DNA of 64,000 bases, taken from assembly GCA_004431415.1 (NCBI GenBank), contig QPMI01000295.1:5239-69238 (forward strand). The letters are read 5' to 3'. This DNA is from Cyanophora paradoxa CCMP329 (Eukaryota; Plantae; Glaucophyta). The notes beneath the pieces are model-generated. The model was not told the origin of the DNA, searched no databases, and saw only the letters and a program-made list of their open reading frames with translations. The first letter of the stretch is position 1. Each line of letters opens with the position of its first letter. Positions 56,418 through 64,000 of this stretch are shown one piece after another. The position numbers were made by a program, and so were the translations under genes.

Positions 56418-58332
56418 GTTCTTTTGTGGCGTCCTGCATCCGTGAGGCCTGGTCCCAGTGGAAGGAGATTGGTGCCAACTATGTGGTGTTGTCATGGATA
56501 CGTGACGGTTTCCCGCTGACTGGGGCCCGCAACCTGCCACCGGAGCATCGGCATATATATAATCACAAGTCTGCAGCCGAGGATCACAGGGATTTTGTGC
56601 AGACGGAAATTCAGAAACTCTTGCGCACCGGGGCCATTCGTGAAGTCCAACAGCACGAAGTGAACATTGTGTGCTCCTTGTCCGTGGTCCCAAAGAAGAC
56701 CGGCTCCAAACTTCGTCTGATCTGGGACGGTCGACCCACCAATCAAGGTCTACCAGATCGGAAATTTCGATTTGAGACTCTTGAGCATGTGGCGGCAATG
56801 CTCCGTCAAGGGTGGTACATGTTCACCATTGACCTAGAGTCTGGCTATCACCACGTGCCAGTGGCGGAGCAAGATTGGCGCAACATGGGCTTCTCTTTTG
56901 ACAGCAAGTATTATGTCTATACGGTTTTGCCCTTCGGCCTTCGACACTCGCCTTTTGCATTCGTCAAAATTATGCGGCAAGTGGTCAACTATTTCAGGAA
57001 ACTGGGCATCTTTGTTGTCAACTATGTGGACGATTGGTGGTTTGCGGCTCCTACTTTCTTGGAGGCCTGTAAGCTGCGAGACTTTAATTTGTGCTGGCTA
57101 CATTTAAACGGCTTAAGTTGGTGGTCAACAGCAAGTCAGCGCTTACCCCATCTCAGTCAGTGGCTTTCCTGGGCTTCATTGTGGACTCGGCTCGCATGTT
57201 GTTTGAGGTTCCTGGCGACAAGCTGAGCAGACTACTTCAGCTGATCCGCAAGCTCCTACGCAAACACTCAGCGTCTGCCCGTGATATGGCAAAGGTGGCA
57301 GGCACCTTGGTATCCATGGCTCGAGGGCTTGCTCCAGCTCGCATCCAGACTTGTGCTTTGTTCCGTTACATCAATGTGGCGGCCCGGGAGTGGCACTGGA
57401 ACCATCCTGTGCAGATTACTGATGAGACTCGGTCTGAGCTCCAGTGGTGGCTGGCCAACATACACAAGTACAATGGGCGCTGTCCGATTCGTCCTGAGCG
57501 GCTACTTGTGCTCACCACTGATGCTAGTCATCTTGGTGCTGGAGCTTGGATTACCACGCGGATCGGTGATGTACCTCCTGTGCTCTGTGCTCCTGGCCCG
57601 CCTCCATTCCAGTGCCTGTGGAACAGTGAGGAATCTCAGCGAATCTCTTCTTGGAGGGAGCTGCAAGCTGTGCTACGGGCTATGCAACACTATCAGTCTG
57701 TGCTTCAGAATCAGAACATCTTGGTTCGATCGGACAACTCTGTGACAGTTGCTTATATCAACAATGGTGGCGGTCGTCATGCTTATTTGACGGAGATCGC
57801 TCGTCAGATTTGGGACATTGCCTTGACAGGTTGTGTTAGCATTGAGGCCGAGCATATTCCAGGCATAGATAACGAGTGGTCAGATGCTCTTAGCAGGTAC
57901 TTTTTTCCAGCAGACTACTCCCTTAAGCCGGTATATTTTGCTATGGTCAGCCGCATTTTAGGCCCTTTTGACGTGGACAGGATGGCCACAGCTGCCAATG
58001 CCCACCTTCCTCGATATTTCTCTGTAGATTTGCGTGATGCCCGTGCCGAAGGGCATGATTGCTTCACTGTGTCATGGCTTGGTGCTCGCAACTACGTGTT
58101 TCCGGATCCCAATGTGATCCTGCATGTGGTCTCTCATGTTAGACAGTGCAGAGCAGCTGCAGTCTTTGTCGTACCTGATTGGCCCTCCGCCCCATGGTGG
58201 CCCCAGCTTGAGCAGGCAAGGCAGGCTCCTGTGTTGTACTTGGGGCCTGCTTCAACCGTCTGCTTGCCAGGCCCTCGTTCTCCTGTTCTTCCGTCTTGGT
58301 CTCTTGTGGCTATTTCCGCAGCCTGGCAGTAG
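56418..58332 (+). pseudogene. DIRS-type Pol (RT-RH-MT) with a 5-bp frameshifting insertion at 57086-57090
   Basis: YVDD, TTDAS, SDN, HIPGIDNEWSDALSR, VDRMAT, PDWPSAPWW; gacttt[aattt]gtg disrupts RDFVL. Confidence 0.9.
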
Positions 58333-58433
58333 CACACAAATTAGCCATCTGCAAATATAACGATTTCGCATCCGGGGCCCCTTCTTAGTCCTCGTACGCA
58401 GCTTGCCTGACATTGCATTTGCTGCAGATGTGC

Positions 58434-61400
58434 GGCGTCGGCTGGGTTCTTGTGCTCTTTCGCCCCCAGAGAGCTTGCGCAAAGCTTGGAAAAGCTCTCA
58501 AATGAATACTGTACGGATGGGCATGCGTGAGGATGCGAGGGCGCGCGGAAAGATGGGCAGGTTTGTCAAGGATCGAATTCTTGCATGGGGTCGGCTGGGT
58601 CCTCGCGGCCCGGCGCATCTGCAAAGCGCGCGGAAGGATTTGTCTACATCTCAAATGCTTATACTATTGTTCCGCGCATGCGCCGCGGCGTGGGCGCGCG
58701 GAAAGATGTCCGGGCCTGTGCAGGATCGAATTTTCCGAAGTTCGCCGCCGGGTGCCTTCCTGCACTGTTCCGGCTACGAAAAGCGGATCGCTGGAGCGCG
58801 CAGGCCGTGCTTTGTCTATGCGCGTGAGTACGCATCGATTGCGCGCGTCCCGGGACCGGGCGGGACCGGCTGGGTCAAAGTTTCCCCCGACTCTTCGCAC
58901 TGCAGTGTCGGCGGCGCCCGAAATTGAGCTTGCAGCGGTGCGCGTGCCGTCGGCTCTCATTCTGTACCGCTCTGGGGCGTTCCTGGTGCGCTTTCATCGC
59001 GGGACAGGGCGGGACCGGGTCCCACTTTTTGGAGTTCGCGTGACGCCCACGGGAGAGCCGAAATTCGATTTTTCGCGTGACGTCCACGGGAGAGCCGAAA
59101 TTCGATATTCGCGCGACGGCCATGGGAGAGCGGTCTCCCTCGAGAAGCCACGATTGGAATTCCTCGAGACGTCCGGACATGTCGGCGTACAAGTCTGAGA
59201 TTTGATCCATGAGAGAACTCGATGGAAAAATGCGTGACGTCACTGTCAAGGTGTGTGCGTGAATTGATCCACGACGAACACGGGGTACGGACATTACAGA
59301 GAGAGAACAGGAATTTCGATCGCCAGCCCTGGGCCCCTGCGGGTCCCAAACATCGGGCGAAGCCTCAGCCGCCCTCGATCCTCGCGCCCCCCTTGTTCAA
59401 CGCGGCCCGTTGTGGCTGTTGCTGGGTCAGCGGGGGAGGGAGAGGGGAGGGGAGGGCTGCTGAGAGGGAATATTATTGGGCTTGAGAATATTATAATGAG
59501 GGGAGGAGTGGTGCTGCCAATCAGCTGGCCTGGCGGGGGAGGGAGAGGGGAGGGGAGGGCTGCTGCACCGGAATATAATTATGGGGGGAGTTGTCCTGAG
59601 AGGAGATTTCCTGAGAGAATATAATTTTGTAATAAGGGGAATTGCTGCAGCTGAGGGAGAATATAATGAGGGGAGGAGTGGTGCTGCCAATCAGCTAGCT
59701 GTAGTTGAGGTCGAGGCTTTGAGGAAATTGCGAGGAAATTGGTGAGGGGAGGGGCGAGGTTCTCGTGGCCAGGCGTATGCGCAGAGCTTATAAATCGCTT
59801 AAACAGATTCTCGGATGCATGCAGGATCGATGTGCAGGCTGCAGAGACACGGGCGCGCGGAAATATGTGCAGGTCTGTCCAGGATCGAAAATTTGGCGTC
59901 GGCTGGATTCTCGTTCTCTTTCGCGGCCACAGAGCTTGCGAAAGGCTTTAAGAACCTCTCAAATGAATACTGTAGCGATGGGCATGGATGCGGACGCGAG
60001 GGCGCGCGGAAAGATGCACAGGTCCGTCCAGGATCGAATTTTTTGGGACGGCTGGGTCCTCGCGGCCCGGCGCATTTAGAGACCGTGCGAAAGTCTTCTT
60101 CTAAATCTCAAATGCTTATTCTATCTTTCCGCGCATGCGCCGCGGCGTCGGCGCGCGGAAAGTTGCCCGGGGCTGTGCAGGATCGAAGTTTTGCCGTCGG
60201 GCACCTTCTCGCGCTGTTCCGGCTCCGAAAAGCGGATATCTGGAGTGCGTAGGCCCTGCTATGTCTATGCGCGCCAGTACGCATCGAATGCGCGCGTCGT
60301 GGGACCGGACGGAACCGGCAGGATCGAAATTTCGGCCGACTCTCTGGACTGGAGCGTCGATGGCGGCCGAAATCGAGCTTGCCGTGATGCGCGCGCTCTT
60401 GGCTGTCATTCTGACCGTTGTGGAGTCTCTCTGGCGCGCTTTCGTCGCGGAACCGGGTCCCACTTTTTGGGATTTCGCGATCGAACCCCGGGGTATAAAT
60501 ACCGGAATTGATCCGTGAGGGAAATTTGATTTTCGCACGATGCCTACGGGAGAGCGATCGTCTTACATGAATTCTAGGGGAGCTATGATTCCGAAAATAG
60601 ATCAATGGAGCCGTGTAACTCTGTGTCACGTCGGAGACCGGTCGCCTTCATTGCGGAGGTTGCGAATCTGGACGCTCGGACCAATCGGACTCGAGTGGAA
60701 AAAAATAAATGGAAACGTTCACCATCGACCTACGGACAAGCCCTGGGCCCCTGCGGGTCCCAAACATCGGGCGAAGCCTCGGCCGCCCACCTCGCGTCCG
60801 CCTTGATCATCGCGGCCCGTCGTGGGTGTTGCTGGGTCGGCGGGGCAGGGAGAGGGAGGGCTGCTGAGAGGGAATATAATTATGGGAGGAGTTGTCCTGA
60901 GAGGAGTTAATTTAACGTTGTACTCAGAGAATATAATTATGCCTAAGGGAAATAACATTAATTGCTGTGGCTGATCGAGAGAGAATATAATATTAATGAG
61001 AAGAGGAGTGGTGCAAGGGGATGGGGCGAGGTTCTAGCGGCCAGGCGCATGCGCAGAGCTTAGGAATCGCTTAAACAGAGTCTAGAATGCAAACAGGATC
61101 GATGTTAAGGGCTGTGGAGGCGAGGGCGCGCGGAAATATGTGTAGGGCTGTCCAGTATCGCAAATTTGGCTTCGGCTGGGTTCTCGTGCTCTTTCGCGCC
61201 CACAGAGCTTGCGGAAGGCTTTAAAAAGCTCTCAAATGAATACTGTAGCGATGGGCGTGCGTGGGGATGCGACGGCGCGCGGAAAGAAGCGCAGGTCCGT
61301 CCAGGATCGAATTTTCGGGGACGGCTGGGTCCTCGCGGCCCGGCGCAATTAGAGATCGTGCGAAAGTCTTCTTCTACATCTCAAATGCTTATACTATTGA

Positions 61401-64000
61401 TCCGCGCATGCGCCGCGGCCTGGGCGCGCGGAAAGATGCCCGGGAATGTGCTGGATCAAAGTTTTGCTATCCGGCACCTTCCTGCACTGTTCCGGCTCCG
61501 AAAAGCGGATATCTGGAGTGCGCAGGCCCTGCTATGTCCATGCGCGCCAGTACGCATCGAATGCGCACGTCGGGGGACCAGGTGGAAATTTTCTAGATCC
61601 CACATTTTAGGTCGGACGGCGAAAGTCGGGGTTCAAGTAACAGAAATGATCCAGGAGGGAAAATCGATTTTCTCGCGACAAGCACCAGAGAACGATCTTC
61701 TTGGGCGAATGCTAGGGGAGATTCGAGTCCAAAAATACGTGTAACGTCCGCGGGCAGCTGAGTTACGTCTGTAACCGTTCGCCTTCAATGCAGAGGTTGC
61801 AATCTTTGATGCGCAGACGAATCGGAGGGGAGTGGAAAAAAAGTAATTAGACTAATTGGTTGGGCGGGGCCCAACAAGCCCTGGGCCCCTGCGGGTCCCA
61901 AACATCGGGCGAAGCCTCTGCCGCCCTCCTCGCGCCCCCCTTGTTCATCGCGGCCCGTCGCGGCTGTCTTTGGGTCGGTGGGGCAGGGAGAGGGGAGGGG
62001 AAGGCTGCTGAGAGGGAATATAATTATGGGGGGAGTTGTCCTGAGTGGAGTTGTCGTGAGAGAATATAATTATGGAATTAGGGGAATTGGTGAGAATATA
62101 ATGAGGGGAGGAGTAGTGCCGCCAATCAGCTAGCTGTAGTTGAGCTCGAGGCCCTGAGGAAATTGAGAGGAGAGTGTTGAGGGGACGGGCGAGATTCGCG
62201 TGGCCAGGCGCATGCGGAGAGGTTATAAATCGCTTAAACAGAGTCTCCAATGCATACAGGATCGATATGCAGGGCTGCAGAGGCGAGGGCCCGCGGAAAT
62301 ATGTGCAGGCCTGTGCAGGATCGAGAATTTGGCGTCGGCTGGGTTCTCGTGCTCTTTCGCCCCCAGAGAGCTTGCGGAAGGCTTCGTTTAGATCTCAAAT
62401 GAATACTGTAGCGATGGGCATGGGTGAGGACGCGAGGGCGCGCGGAAAGATGCGCAGGTCCGTCCAGGATCGAATTTTCGGGGACGGCTGGGTCCTCGCG
62501 GCCCGGCGCATTTAGAGACCGTGTGGAAGTCTTCTTCTACATCTGAAATGCATATACTATTGATCCGCGCATGCGCCGCGGCGTCGGCGCGCGGAAAGTT
62601 GTCGGGGACTGTGCAGGATCGAATTTTCGCCATCGGGCACCTTCCTGCGCTGTTCCGGCTCCGAAAAGCGGATATCTGGAGTGCGCAGGCCCTGCTATGT
62701 CTATGCGCGCCAGTACGCATCGAATGCGCGCGTCGCGGGACCGGGCGGAACCGGCAGGATCAAAATTTCGGCCGACTCTTCGGACTGGAGCGTCGGCGGC
62801 GGCCGAAATCGAGGTTGCCAGAGTGCGCGCGCTCTTGGCTGTCATTCTGACCGCTCTGGGGCGTCCCTGGCGCGCTTTCGTCGCGGGACCGGGTCCCACT
62901 TTTTGGGGTTTCGCGATCGAACCCCGGGGTATAAATACCGGAATTGATCCTGGAGGGAAATTCGATTTTTGCGCGGGTTCGCCGGGTTCCAGTCACGTCT
63001 ATGTCACGTCGGAGACCGTTCGCCTTCATTGCGGAGGTTGCGAACCAGGGCGCTTGGACCAATCGGACTCGAGTGGAAAAAAAATAAATGGGGCCGTTCA
63101 CCATCGATCAACGGACAAGCCCTGGGCCCCTGCGGGTCCCAAACATCGGGCGAAGCCTCAGCGGCCCTCTTCGCGCCCCCCTTTATCATCGCGGCCCATC
63201 GCGGCTGTCACTGGGTCGGCGGGGCAGGGAGAGGGGAGGGGAGGGCTGCTGAGAGGGAATATAATTAAGGGGGAGTTGTCCTGAGAGGAATTGTGCTGAG
63301 AGAATATAATTATGTGATAAGGGGAATTGCTGCAGCTGAGAGAGAATATAATGAGGGGAGGAGTGGTGCTGCCAATCAGCTAGCTGTAGTTGAGGTCGAG
63401 GCTTTGAGGAAATTGCGAGGAAATTGGTGAGGGGAGGGGCGAGGTTCTCGTGGCCAGGCGTATGCGCAGAGCTTATAAATCGCTTAAACAGAGTCTCGAA
63501 TGCATACAGGATCGATGTCCAGGGCTGCGGGGGCGAGGGCGCGCGGAAATATGTGCAGGCCTGTCCAGGATCGAAAATTTGGCGTCGGCTGGGTTCTCGT
63601 GCTCTTTCGCGCGCGCAGAGCTTGCGGAAGGCTTCGTTTAGATCTCAAATGATTACTGTAGCGATGGGCGTGGGTGAGGACGCGAGGGCGCGCGGAAAGA
63701 TGTGCAGGTCCGTCCAGGATCGAATTTTCGGGGTCGGCTGGGTCCTCGCGGCCCGGCGCATCTGTTAAGCATGTAAAATGCATGTTCTACATCTGAAATG
63801 CTTATACTATTGATCCGCGCATGCGTCGCGGCGTCGGCGCGCGGAAAGTTGCCCGGGGCTGTGCAGGATCGAATTTTTGCTGTGTTCCGGCTCCGAAAAG
63901 CGGATATCTGGAGTGCGCAGGCCGTGCTATGTGTATGCGCGCCAGTACGCATCGCATGCGCGCGTCGGGGGACCGGTCGGGACCGGCAGGATCAAAATTT
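58434..64000. repeat. Complex tandem satellite, unit about 1.1-1.4 kb, about 4.5 diverged copies, continues past window end
   Basis: Marker gccctgggcccctgcgggtcccaaacatcgggcgaagcctc at 59326, 60740, 61878 and 63119; internal subrepeats gcgcgcggaaa...caggatcgaa and gagagggaatataat. Confidence 0.92.

Larger units (their letters stand above)
54019..58433 (+). mobile_element. Tyrosine-recombinase retrotransposon family 2, 3'-truncated: A-gag-B-A-pol, broken where YR should begin
   Basis: gag and pol clearly homologous to family 1; 129-bp repeat A twice; fused to satellite at about 58434. Confidence 0.9.

Noticed and set aside
58385-63952. Repeated ORFs in the satellite as a gene family or CRISPR-like array
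   Set aside because: Frames and stops vary between units, no domains are recognisable, and there is no short repeat plus unique spacer structure or cas gene.

Overview
Eukaryotic nuclear DNA from a GC-rich flagellated protist or alga. It carries a tectonic gene, and its genes are cut by many ~40-90 nt introns with frequent GC-AG boundaries; this style suggests a glaucophyte-like genome, but that is a guess. Eleven intron-rich host genes can be reconstructed: tectonic (partial), F-box protein, cytochrome P450, ABCC transporter, CWH43/PGAP2IP-like protein, an unknown membrane/coiled-coil protein, Ttd14-like NTPase-CYTH protein, bHLH-Zip factor, GT23 fucosyltransferase, cysteine-desulfurase-like class V PLP enzyme and a Kv channel. 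The most striking content is two diverged tyrosine-recombinase (DIRS/PAT-like) retrotransposons. They share an unusual modular layout, [A-gag-B][A-pol-YR-B], with the B|A junction between gag and pol. Both have a conserved, covarying hairpin across that junction, a Gag with a signal-peptide-like N-terminus, a conserved ~250-nt structured non-coding region, and phase-1 splice acceptors in front of pol and YR. Element 1 has its gag module tandemly duplicated, and its YR is split by a 3.3-kb insertion that has both LTR-like direct repeats and 55-bp terminal inverted repeats. Also present: a tRNA-derived SINE, a cluster of four MITEs (one nested) and a ~1.1-1.4 kb tandem satellite running off the right end. 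All exon structures are manual predictions without transcript data.
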